Shown piece after piece: positions 49,797 to 62,846 of a DNA stretch of 64,000 bases. Origin of the DNA: Chrysomallon squamiferum (Eukaryota > Animalia > Mollusca); assembly GCA_012295275.1 (NCBI GenBank), contig CM022676.1, forward strand, positions 7,316,001 through 7,380,000, given 5' to 3'. The position numbers were made by a program, and so were the translations under genes. Under the pieces are notes generated by a model, which saw only the letters and a list, made by a program, of their open reading frames with translations, was not told the origin of the DNA and did not search any database. The stretch's first letter is position 1. The number at the start of each line of letters is the position of its first letter.

Positions 49797-52411
49797 CATA
49801 TATACACACATACACTTACATATATAGACAGATTTAACTACTTACCTACATAGCTATCTAGATATACGCGAAATACACATACATATCAGGTAAAACACCT
49901 TCATATATTTCTACATAGGTACATAAACGCCAAAAAACGAATAACAAAGAAAAAAAGAAACAACAACAACCAAAAAATAAAGAAAAAAAAAAAATGAAAA
50001 AAATTAAAAATTAAAAATAAAATAAAATTTATGAGAAAAATTTAATATTCAAAATACAATACTTTATGAAATATGTCAGAGTTGCAGTTGTGTTTACTGA
50101 ATTGAGTCTAGCGGATTTAGTTTATTAGCAGACATGCACATCCAAGCTGATGTCGTATGACAAAGATTTAAAACGGATGTTCATCTCACTTGACAACCAG
50201 GAAGTAACTCTAATTTAGCTAAAATAAAGCGAAAAAGAGGCCGTTGAACATTATATTTATATTAACAGAATTGCAAAAAGGAAAGAAGTGGTGAAGAAAA
50301 GATAGTAAAATTAAAACTATATTTTTATTAACGGCAGTAAAAAAACAACAAGAAAGTGAAAAAATTATATTTTTGTTAACGGGAGTGAAAACTAAAATAT
50401 TGGAAATGAGTTGTAAGTTATTCTGTGTGTTCGTGTTACTGGGATGTGTATTGTACGTACAAGGTATGTATTGTATATTCAGATTATTTATCTCATTTAG
50501 TAACTGTGAAATGTGGGTGCAGTCGTTGTTATGTTTGGATGTCTAATGTAAACTGAAATGCGTAATTGTGTGTTTCTAACTTTTAAAATGTATCTGTATT
50601 AAAACACGAGAAAGTGATATAACATAACATAGCATAGCGTAACATAACAGTCCATAAAGCAACGTAATGTAACATAATGTAATACCATGAAAAATTATAT
50701 AATAAATCATAACAAAGTAGTAGTAGTAGTAGTAGTAATAATAATAATAATAATAATAAAATGGAACAAATAAATAACTACTACTATCACTTCTAAATAA
50801 ACAAATATATAAAGAAATAAAAAAAAAAAACCAACAATGTAATTATGAAAAGATATTTTAATTTAATTTAAATTTATTTAATTTTAATTTTAATTTTAAT
50901 TTTTTAAATTATTATTTTTAAATTTAAGGTTGGCATCACAGTTTAACAACATCAGACAGATATGCAGTTGTTGGATCACCTTTTACTTTTACCTGTCGGG
51001 AACATTATCTTTTTCGTAAAATAACGTGGTTTGTGAATAACAGAGAATACAGGGTGCACGACGAGGAAGACAAGGACAATGTAATATTTCCCCTGAACCT
51101 CCAAAAGAATACACTTTTAACTGTTCAGGTGATATAAACATCCTCACAATAAAATCTGTCAAACTCAGTCAACAAGGAACTGTGTGGAGATGTGGTGATT
51201 ACAGACCACGCAGCAATGAAATAAAACTTGAAGTGAGAGGTAAAATCAGTTTTATTATTATCATTCTAGGAAATATGTATGTTAATGATAATTAAAGAAT
51301 AAACTCAATAAACCTAGACAGTAGTATAACTCGTAGGTATTACGTTTATAATTATCATTCCAGCAAATATGTGCTGTTAACAATAACTAAACAAACAAGA
51401 GTGGAAGTCAGATGTATTACCAGTTTTATGTTTATAATTACCATTCTAGGAAATATGTGCTATTAATAATGCCTTCTAAACAATACTTCTCATTTAAACA
51501 AAATAATATTTGAAATCAGAGGTCAAATACCTTTATTGTTATAGATTATAATTAGTGATGATAAGAATTATTAACATATTTTAACATTTAAGTAAGATTA
51601 TATTTTTACTTTAAAGAATGTCCACTATAATTATATGAATAAACAGATACGTACGTATACACTAACTTATGTATACGAAGATTTTTAAAATTGTACATCT
51701 GTGTACATATGAAGATTTAGAGTATTTTGCTCTTTGGTCGTTTTTGCAGTATTTAAAAAATAACATCAGCAAAATATAAACATCAAGCATAATAGTAGTA
51801 ACAGTAATTATAATATCATCAGCAACAGATCAAACACTACATTACTACCATCACTTCAACGACAACATCCGTATCTAAAATCGTTAATCGTTAAAAATGC
51901 GAGTAACCCACAAAACTATGACGATGATAATAATAATACTGGCGATGATGATGATGTCGATGTTGACAACGTCGATTTTTTTCAGATGGTCCTGGAACAT
52001 CACTCAAGCTGAATACTTCGTCTGTTCTGTCTGCTCTGGAAGGATGTGACGTCACAGTGGCTTGTTCAGCGACTTGTTTCATGACGTGTAATTATCAGTG
52101 GAAGCTCGCAGATGACGTCATAAGTAACACGAGCATCCTCTCATTGGCTAATATTGACAGAACACAATCAGGTGTCTATGTGTGTACGGCTGAAAATCCA
52201 GATACGAACCAAACAGCCAGTAAAACACTTAATTTGACTGTACTGCGTAAGTAAGAAACCAATTATAGTAAAAATAAAAACGATCAAATAAAGCGATAAC
52301 ATGATATTTGTTAAAGGTGTGCGTGTAAAATGTCGGAAAAATCAATGATAAATGTTTTACGTGCCAATATCCAGTTATGTTGTAGATTATATTATATGTA
52401 TATCTATGAGA

Positions 52412-52447
<36 letters not shown>

Positions 52448-52502
52448 GTCCGTGTGTGTGTGTGTGTTCAGTGTTTACTTTCAGGATCGTCGAATCTTCG
52501 AT

Positions 52503-53050
52503 ACAGTAACCACTCAGACGGTCATTTTCGAGTTTGCTGGTAACAGTCCAGTCCTACATTCACATACTACAAGAAGAAAGCGAAGACCCCTATCGTAAAT
52601 CACCGACTCGGAACTATTCGTAACAGTCAGCTGACTTACAGCTTTTCGGCGCCTCGAACGCAAATGATTGTCTCAATACACAGTGCGTGTTATACTGTTC
52701 AGAGTTATTTCATTAGTGTTTAATTGCTAGTATAGACCTTAAAAGACAGTTTCAAAAAAAAAAAAAAAAAAAATAAAAATAAAAATAATAAAAATATTTT
52801 TTTTTCATTTACAAACAACGCCCAGCTTGTTGTTCCGTATTTCGAAACTTTAAGTAACGTTCTGTGTGAACACAGTTTGCGATGTCCTCCATCATATCAC
52901 GCATCTTTATTACATTGAGACGAACCCTCGCGTGCACCCCGCAGAAAACCTGACCTTTGTTAATCAGCTGACCGTTACGTCACTATTTAGATCGAGGCAA
53001 ACATGATACTAGCCAACTCGAAAGTGACCAATCAAAACGTGCGTCTGAGC
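52503..53050. mobile_element. Non-autonomous inverted-repeat element interrupting the remnant of exon 4 in receptor copy A
   Basis: GGTCATTTTCGAGTTTGCTGGTA (52520-52542) pairs imperfectly with TACTAGCCAACTCGAAAGTGACC (53007-53029); CTCAGACG/CGTCTGAG at 52513/53042. Confidence 0.6.
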
Positions 53051-53502
53051 TGAATATAGATTTAATTAATATATTAACGAATAGGAAGGTATATTTATAT
53101 ATATATATAGATAGATAGATCACACAGAAATACTAAAATCTTCTTTTCTCCTCCAGACCAACCGTCCATTACGTCGACAGTGATAATTAAACATTTACCT
53201 AACTATGCAAGGGAAAATAAACTAAACGTTACGTTTGTATGTGACGTTACCAGTAATCAGAAGTCCGCCATTAAATTATTGAAAGGGAGACAACTGCTAC
53301 ACCACGTTCAGAACGCTACGACGTTGGAATACAGTTTGATAGTGACACCTTGTTTAGACTGGGAAGGATTTTATTGTGAGGCAGAAAACAAAATAAAAAC
53401 AGCAGCCAGAAAGTCCTTGGAATTGGCTGATCTATGTACGTTACTTTGATTCTTCATGTGTGTGTCGATAAGTATGTATGCATGAATCTATATATTTATA
53501 TA

Positions 53503-54178
53503 CAGTGGTACCTTGACTTACGAGTTACGAGCTAGCTTCAGATTCGCCGCCGCTAGGTGGCGCGTTGACCAACACAACATCCGCTGAGCATACAGCGTCT
53601 CACTCGTTTACATCATATGGTTACCTCGCCCTGGAAGCATCTCTAATGTGTTGTTGAATATTTTGCCAAATTTCTTTTTTCTCACCATGGATCCTAAGAA
53701 AGTGAGTACAAGGACAGCCCTGAAAAGTCCATTGAATTAAAGCTTGAATTCATAGAAAAACACGAGCGCGGTGTGCATGTAGTCGACTTGGCTAGGCAGG
53801 CAGTATGAGCATAGTACTTCTACGATGTGTACCACTCTGTAGCTGAAGGAGCCGATAAAGGCCGTAACTCCAGGCAAAGGCGTCAAAATAATTTGTCTGA
53901 TCTCCAAGATAAATACACTTTACAAAACCAATTTATTTCTTTACATTCTCTTTTACTGTTTTTTTTTTTTTATACAATATTTTTCATTTATAAATATATT
54001 TTTCTTATTTGAAAACACGTTACAAATGAAATGGGGTGGGTTTTTTTGCGGGGGGGGCTGGAACGGATTAATGGTATTTCAGTTAATTTCGGCTGGGAAA
54101 ACAGATTTGATATAGGAACAAATTGAGTTACGAGCTCGGTCACGAAACGAATTAAACTCATAAGTCAAGGTACCACTA
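53503..54178 (+). mobile_element. Tigger/pogo-type (Tc1-mariner) internally deleted element
   Basis: TA target duplication, TIR CAGTGGTACCTTGACTTACGAGTT / AACTCATAAGTCAAGGTACCACTA, and degraded transposase N-terminus MDPKKVS...SIELKLEFIEKHERGVHVVDLARQ (HTH-psq type) from ~53687. Confidence 0.9.
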
Positions 54179-55687
54179 TATGTACATGTATGTAAGGGTG
54201 TGTCTATTGATGCATGTATGTATGGATGTAATTACGTATGTATGTGAATGCATGTTGGATGTACGTGCGTATATGTTTGTGTGCTTATATATTATGTGTT
54301 TATGTGGTATGCATATATGGATGCTTATTATTTAAAACATAGTTAATAGATAATAAAATTACCGTTTTAATTGAAGATATTTTAACAAAAATAAAATAAA
54401 TAATTACCTGCTCTCTGAAGGTATATATTAATAACAGGAAATAAAAATGACCCACCTATTGAAGGTAAATAAATAATGTATTAATTTAATCTCACGTATT
54501 TATTTTTATTAATGAATTTTCAGGCGCTGTTAAAGTCAGCAGTCAACTTGGAACAGGAATTGGCATCGGTTTTGGAATTTGCTTTGCTCTGTTTGTTATT
54601 ATCATTGTCGTTGTTATCTACTTTCGACAGAAAAGAAGTATTTATTTGTTTGTTTGTTCCATTCCTATCCTCTTTCTTTCTTTCTTTCTTTCTTTTAAAT
54701 TTCATTTTCTATTATTTATTTATTTATTCATTCATCCATTCGTTCGTTCATTCATTCATTCATGCTATTGTTTATTTAGTGTTTGTGCGTTTATTTATTT
54801 GTTCTTTTATTTATTTTTATTATGTATTTTAATTACTCTTCGTTTGTACAGTAAAGGGGAGATAAATCAAATCAAATTTGCACAAACATCTTCATCAGTC
54901 ACGAAACCTGTGTTGGCGACCATCTGTGTACTTCAGACACCTGATAATAAAATGGCTGAATGGAAAATTTATGTAGAAACAGAAGTTTAATGATAAATTT
55001 AATTTTAGATATGCATCAAACAAAAAATATTTCATGATAGGTCTTACTCATAAATTATAAAATCAGAGTGATTTGAAGAGTGCATTATATTGTATACATA
55101 GAATTATCTAGCATTGGTACCACTGCTATCACTACTACCATCACCACTACTACTACGTCTTCTACGCTACTGTGTTTATGATAACCGAAAAGGGTGAGCT
55201 ATAAGATTACAGGTATAAAACTTTGTGAATAGTTTGAACCTTGGTTACCTAGCAAACATGAGCCGTGTTTGCCTTATCTTAATTGTGCTATTTTGTGCAG
55301 TGGATGGTGAGTATCCATTACTTATTTATTTATTTATTAATTATTATTATTATTATTATTACAGGCAAAAAGAAGTCAACTTCGAATCCAGAAAGGTAAA
55401 TTAATTTCCTTTTATCTCTAAAATGTATTTATGTGTTTTTGTAAGTACGTACGTGTATGTATGTAACCATGTACGTAATCTGTGTATCTGTATATATATC
55501 TATGAGTGTATGGTATGTATATACGTATGTGTGTTTTCATTCTTTTGTTCGTTCTCGGATTATTGCATCAATGTATATGTAATATATTTTATTTACTTTT
55601 GAAATTTCAGTATCAGCACTATTCAACCTGTGTACTTCAATGTTGGTCAGATTTCTGGTAAGCTGACATATAGACATACATACACAG

Positions 55688-55727
<40 letters not shown>

Positions 55728-57196
55728 ATACATACACGCACACATTCATACATGCATACATACATACATTCAGACATATATACTAACATACACAGATACA
55801 TACATACACACAAGATAGATACACAAATACACACATACACACAGATACACACATACACACAAATACATACAATGATTCCCACAGGGACCGATTTGAATAT
55901 AATGAGGGGCGGGGACAACTTGAAAGTGATGTAAAACGACAAAACTTCCAGTTACACTTCGTCTACACATCTTATCATGTATCTGGCAGCAGCTATGAGC
56001 AGTTTGTTTATATTAAAGTAATCACGCTTTTACAAAACTCAGCTGGTTTTTATATCAAAGGGGAACATTTTTTAGATCTAGAGGTTGGGTATGGAACAAA
56101 CACACACACATATATGCATACATACAGACATATATCCATACAATAAAGATTCTTTCATACATAGTAATACACACACAAACACACACACATACACACACAC
56201 ACACACATGAATGTACATATAAGTGAAAACATAATTTCATTCCATGTTTCAGAAAATCAGACTGCTGCAGTGACTGTACATCAAGATACAGAGAATCTAT
56301 ATTCTCCTCTAGAGGAAAGAGGAAATGACGTTCCATATGACGTCATAAAGTTTGAAAGTAAATGAACTGCTGTTCATGAGTGATAAAGAAGAAAACAAGT
56401 ACTGTTTGTTTATCACTCACTTCTTAAGGCACTTTCACGAAAACATAAAGAATATTAAGTTGATAAGTGTTTTTATCAAAATACAAAGACTTCAGTTTCT
56501 ACAGTGACACCAGATTTAAACTATGTAAATATCATATGTGAGAAAAGTTATAAACACTTTAACGAGTTTCTAATCGCGAATTTCTACCATTCATTAACAT
56601 TGTGTGAACTGTGACTGTAACTATGACAAAGTATTGGGAGATTTCTAATGTAAAATTAATGTATTTACATCTTTAGTATCCTTACACATTACATTTACAA
56701 GAAACAAAAGAAACGGAAGAGGTGGAGGAGGAAAACAAAAATTAATTAATGTAGTCACTTACATCTGTACACTCTTACAACTCTGAATGCACATGCATTA
56801 CACATGCGTTACAAGAATCATTAAGAAAAGAAAGATTTACATATTGTTAATATGTATGTGTGTGTGTGTGTGTGTGTAATTGTTTTTCATTTTTTCTTTT
56901 TCGAGTTTTGCAGTTGAGCCATTTTGATTTTACACACCTCTCTTTTCTTTTCTATAATTCTTTTTTTTTCTGTTAGTCTGTCTATGTCCATTTATTTCTC
57001 AGTCTGATTTTTCTTTCATTCTTTACAACACTGTATGAATACAAACGTTCATGTATATCAGAAGACATATGCATATATGTGGATACGTACAAATACACAC
57101 AAATGCACGTGCACCCACAAACGTACAAACAATAACATGCATTCGTAAACACACATTTATTAATACATATAAACATATACATAGAAACACATGTAC

Positions 57197-57200
<4 letters not shown>

Positions 57201-57290
<90 letters not shown>
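57201..57290. repeat. (CT)n microsatellite
   Basis: Direct inspection. Confidence 0.95.
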
Positions 57291-57292
<2 letters not shown>

Positions 57293-57652
57293 GCACATCT
57301 TTAGTTCTCTAAGTGGATACGTTGTTCAGTGTGTGCGTACGTATGTATAGCTGTGGTTTTCTACTGAAACGAACCAAGCGGTGAAGTAGATGAAGATAAA
57401 AGATATATGTGCGTATGTGTGTATGTATGTTATGTATGTATGTGTATGTGTATGTATGAGTGTATGTATTATGTGTATATGTATGTATGTATCTTTGTAT
57501 ATATGTATGTATATGTGTATGTATGTGTGTATGTATGTATGTGTATGTATGTTGTATGTATTATGTGTATATGTATGTATGTATGTATGTGTATGAATGT
57601 ATGTATATATGTATGTATATGTGTAAAAAATAAGGAAGAGAGAAAAAAAAAC

Positions 57653-57684
<32 letters not shown>

Positions 57685-58171
57685 CAATAATAATAATAAT
57701 ATCAATAACAATAAGTTCTATTAATTCAAAATGAATTGTTCTGTCTATCATGAATCAGTTAAAATAGATGATATGGGACTTGACATTTGACACGGTATTT
57801 TTTGCTTCGTGTGTTTGATGTATTTTGAACGAAAATTGTTTCGTCCGTTTAAATCTCATAGTTTATGTATTTACAACACTGAAAATAAATGTAGATAATT
57901 TTCGAATGATTCTTCTTTTGTTTTTGTTCATTATTTCGGGGTTATTTTATACTGTTTATTTATTTATTTTGTCTAAAATGTATTTATTTATTTATTTATT
58001 TATTTTTGTGTTAGATTTTTCAACTTTATAAATGTAGCCTATTTGTATTTGTGTGAGTCAGAGTTAGAGGAGGAAATTAGATAGTCAACTAATTACGTAT
58101 GTTTTACATTCATTAATAGTATCTTATTAAAAGTATTTCAGAAAAAGAAAAAAAAAAAAAAAAAAAAAAAA

Positions 58172-58221
<50 letters not shown>

Positions 58222-58876
58222 CCTGAAAAAAAAAGAACGGTTGACAGAATTGGCCTGTTTAAGTCTGTGGCAGCCGTAAAGGTCAACAGAGGTCGCATGT
58301 ACTTCTACGTCATTTGAACCACGGTTTTTCTTCCTTGTTTCATTATTAAGAATGCGCACGTACACTTACGCATACAATACACACACACGCATACACACAC
58401 ACACACACACACACAAATATGCCGACACATACATATATACCGAATATTGTGTATGTACATAAGACCGAGAATATTCAAAAAAAATTACAAAACCCAAAAC
58501 AACAACCAAAAATAAAAAAAATAATAATAAAAAAACAAATAACGAAAAAATATTAAAATATACGTAAGAATAAAATAAAACAAAAACACACAACACACAA
58601 CACACATATATATATATCCAAGCGGATGTTGTATGACAAAGGTTTAAAACGGATGTTCATCTCACTTGACAACAAGGAAGTAACTCTAATTTAGCTAAAA
58701 TAAAGCGAAAAAGAGGCTGCTGAACATTATATTTATATTAACAGAATAGAAAAAAAGAAGTGGTGAAGAAAAGATAGTAAAATTAAAACTATATTTTTAT
58801 TAACGACAGAACAAAACAACAAGAAAGTGAAAAAATTATATTTTTGTTAACGGGAGTGAAAACTAAAATAATGGAA

Positions 58877-59201
58877 ATGAGTTGTAAGTTATTCCGTGTG
58901 TTCGTGTTACTAGGATGTGTATTGTATGTACAAGGTATGTATTTTATATTCAGATTATTTATTTGTATCTGAGTTGATTTCATTTAGTAACTGTGAAATG
59001 TGGGTGCAGTCGTTGTTATGTTTGGATGTCTAATGAAAACTGAAATGCGTAATTGTGTGTTTCTAACTTTTGATATATATATATGTATTAAAACACAAGA
59101 CATAACATAACATAACATAACATAACATAACATAAGAAAACGCAACTTAATGTAACATAATGTAATACAGTGCACAATTATGTAAAACATCATAACAAAG
59201 T

Positions 59202-59254
<53 letters not shown>

Positions 59255-60255
59255 TAACATAAGTTAGCAACAGTGTAATTATAAAAAAAATTGATTTAAT
59301 TTAATTTTTTTTAATTTAATTTAATTTAATTTAATTACTATTTTGTAATTATTTTTAAATTTAAGGTCGGTATCACAACTTAACAACATCAGACAGATAT
59401 GCAGTTGCTGGATCACCTTTTACTTTTACCTGTCAAGGAGATTTGTACTATAGGTTCACGTGGTTTGTGAATAACACAAGATATAGGATGCGCGTACGAG
59501 GAGGTCAATGTCTTTTTACTGGTGAACTTCCAAAAGAATACATTTTTAACTGTTCAGCTGATACAAACATCCTCACAATAAAATCTGTCAGCCTCAGTCA
59601 ACATGGAACAGTGTGGAGATGTGGTGATTACAGACCACGCAGCAATGAAATAAAACTTGAAGTGAGAGGTAACTATCAGTTTTATTATTGTCGTTCAAGG
59701 AAATATGTACTGTTAACGATAACTAAACAATGAACTCAGAACAACAAACCAATTCTGGAAGTCAGAGGTATTATCAGTTTTATGTTTATAATTAGCATTC
59801 TAGGAAATATGTACTTTTAATGATAACGAAACAATAAACTCAGTAAAACAAAACAATACTATAACTCAGATGTATTATCAGTTTTATGTCTATAATTACC
59901 ATTCTAGGATAACTAATCAATACATCTCAATAAAACTAAATAAGACTTGAAATCAGAGGTCAAATACGTTTATTTTAGCAGATTATAATTACAGATGATA
60001 AGAATTATAAATATAGCTAAACATTTAAGTATGTTTATATTTTCATCTGAAAGAATGTCCAGCATAATTATATACTTAAACAGATACGTATATATACACT
60101 AAATGATGTGAAGATATATTTTTGAAATGATACATGTGTTTCAAGATTTAGAAGCGTTTGCTTGGTGTACAATAGTTTTGTTCTTATTTATTATTTTTTT
60201 ATTATTATTATTTTTAAATCAGAAAACATTTAACAACAACAACAACAACAACAAC

Positions 60256-60301
<46 letters not shown>

Positions 60302-61754
60302 TAAAAATAATTAAAATAAAATAAAATAAAAAATAGATAAATTAATAAGTTGTAGTGACAGTAATGGTAATTATAATATCAACAGCAACAACTCAAATAT
60401 TTCATCATCACAACAGTTGCGACTACAACGTCCATAACTAAAAACACAGTTGCTACTATCAGAAGAATCAAACAAAATATGACAACAATGATGATGATGC
60501 TGGCGATGATGATGATGATGATGATGTTGATAATATTTTTTATTATTATTATTTTAAGATGGTCCTGGAACATCACTTAAGCTGAATACATCGTCTTTTG
60601 TGACTACTATAGAAGGAAGTGACGTCACAGTGTCTTGCTCAGCGACGTGTTTCATCACGTGTAAATATCAGTGGAAGATCGAAGATGACGTCATAAGTAA
60701 CACGGGCGTTCTCTCATTGGCTAATATCAACAGATCACAGTCAGGTCTCTATGTGTGTACGGCTGAAAATCCAGATACGAAACAAACTGCCAATGAAACA
60801 CTTCATTTGACTGTACATCGTAAGTAAGAAACTAATTATAGTAAAAATAAGAATGATAAAATAAACAGACAACTTAATATTTGTTAGAGGTTGTACGTTT
60901 AAAACATCAGAAAACCAATTATAAACGCTTACTTGCGACTATCCAGTTAAGAGAGAGGTTTAGCGTAATATCAGAGAACCAGTTATAAACATTTACAGAG
61001 AGGTTTAGCATAGACGGACTCCGTTCACGTATTGGATCACGTACGGAATCTACGATACGGATCATGTAGGTAACTCACCTTCAGTTTAGCTTCCGCGTAC
61101 ACATCAAGGCTCATTCACGTTTTCCCGATAAACAACAGAGAATCAACAGATAAGTGTTCCCTATCAAAATGATCATCGTGCGACTAAGTACTTACCTACA
61201 GACTTGTTCTGCGTCGATGAAATCTCGTGAGACAAGACGATACGTGTTCCGCACGTGAAATTAACGTCTTTGCTAAACTTATCTAATGTCTAAATTAATG
61301 TCTAATGTTTGGCTATAATTATATTATGTATCTATTCATGTGTGTATGTATGCCTGTGTGCGTGTGTATGTTTACTGTTTACCGTTTATTTTCAGGACCA
61401 CCAAATCTTCAAGGATCTGCGCCATACGCTATCAGCGGACTTTCTTTTACGTTGACATGTGAGATTTTTCAGCCTTCACGTCATATCACATGGTTTGAGA
61501 ATGACATCACCTATGACGTGTTTCGTTTCTGGCTAGGACAATGTGATGTTACGTCACGTCTCAGAGGAAATTACACTTTCAAATGTTTACGTAACAAGTT
61601 TCTAGTTACTATAACATCTGTCAACAGAAATCAACAAGGAGATATTTGGCGATGTGAAAGTGGTGGTTACCAATATTCGAGTAATAAAGTCGTGTTGAAA
61701 GTTAGAGGTATTTTAATTCAGTGTAATTTAGTTCTATTAAATTTAATATTATGT

Positions 61755-61806
<52 letters not shown>

Positions 61807-61965
61807 TAGTACTACTACTACTACTACTACAACAACTACTACTAATAATAACGACAACAGTATCAATACCTATCACCTGAATAATGATGACGATGATGAT
61901 GATGATGATGATGAGGTTCATGTTGATAACAAATATCATTGATGTATTTATCTTTAATTTTTATT

Positions 61966-62005
<40 letters not shown>

Positions 62006-62761
62006 GTAGTAGTAGTAGTAGTATTGTTGTTGTTATTATTATTATTTATTTATTTCAGACGGTCCCGGTAGCTCACTTCGAGTTAATTCTTCATCTAACA
62101 TCGCAGTAGAGGAAGGAAGTGATGTCACAATATCATGCGAAGCCGATTGCTTCATCAATTGTCTTTACAGATGGGAACTAACCAATCAGATTGTCAGTAA
62201 CAACGGACTACTGGCACTGACTAATATCAAGAGATTTCAAGATGGCGTCTACACATGCACTGCTGTTAATCCGGATACGAACGAAACGGCAAATACCAAA
62301 ATTATTATTAATGTTGAGTGTAAGTTTTAATTCATTTTATTTTGCATATAATTTTGAATACAAATCATCAAAGGTTTATAGAAAAATATGTGAATAGGAA
62401 AAAAGATAAACAGACAGATAGATAAGTTGATAAACAGCGAGATGGACAGACAAAGAGACAGCTAGAGAGACATATAGATTTTTACAGAGAAATACACAGC
62501 TGTATAGACAGACATACAGATGAACAGACATATGTAGATATATATAGACATACAGAAAGACAGATTATAAACAAATAGATAGATAGACAGAGACACAGAC
62601 AAAAAGTAGATATATTTATAAACTGGTGGATTAAAAATATCGACAGATACTCAGAGAAATAGACAGATACTGAGATAGATAGATAGACAGGTGGAGAGAG
62701 AGAGTAAAATGGATATATAAATATATAAACTAGAATAAATTAATAGTATTTTAATTTTTAT

Positions 62762-62846
<85 letters not shown>

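Larger units (their letters stand above)
50406..56365 (+). pseudogene. Ig-superfamily (CEACAM-like) type I receptor, copy A: signal peptide, 3 Ig domains, TM, tail with YxN and ITAM. Frameshift in Ig1 (pseudogene or assembly error)
   Basis: Exons 50406-50463 (signal), 50929-51239 (Ig1; 1-nt loss at 51060/51061 relative to copy B, stop 51135), 51986-52246 (Ig2), 53157-53435 (proximal Ig), 54524-54637 (TM GIGIGFGICFALFVIIIVVVIYFRQKR), 55365-55395, 55611-55657, 56253-56365 (ENLYSPLEERGNDVPYDVIKFESK*). Confidence 0.75.
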
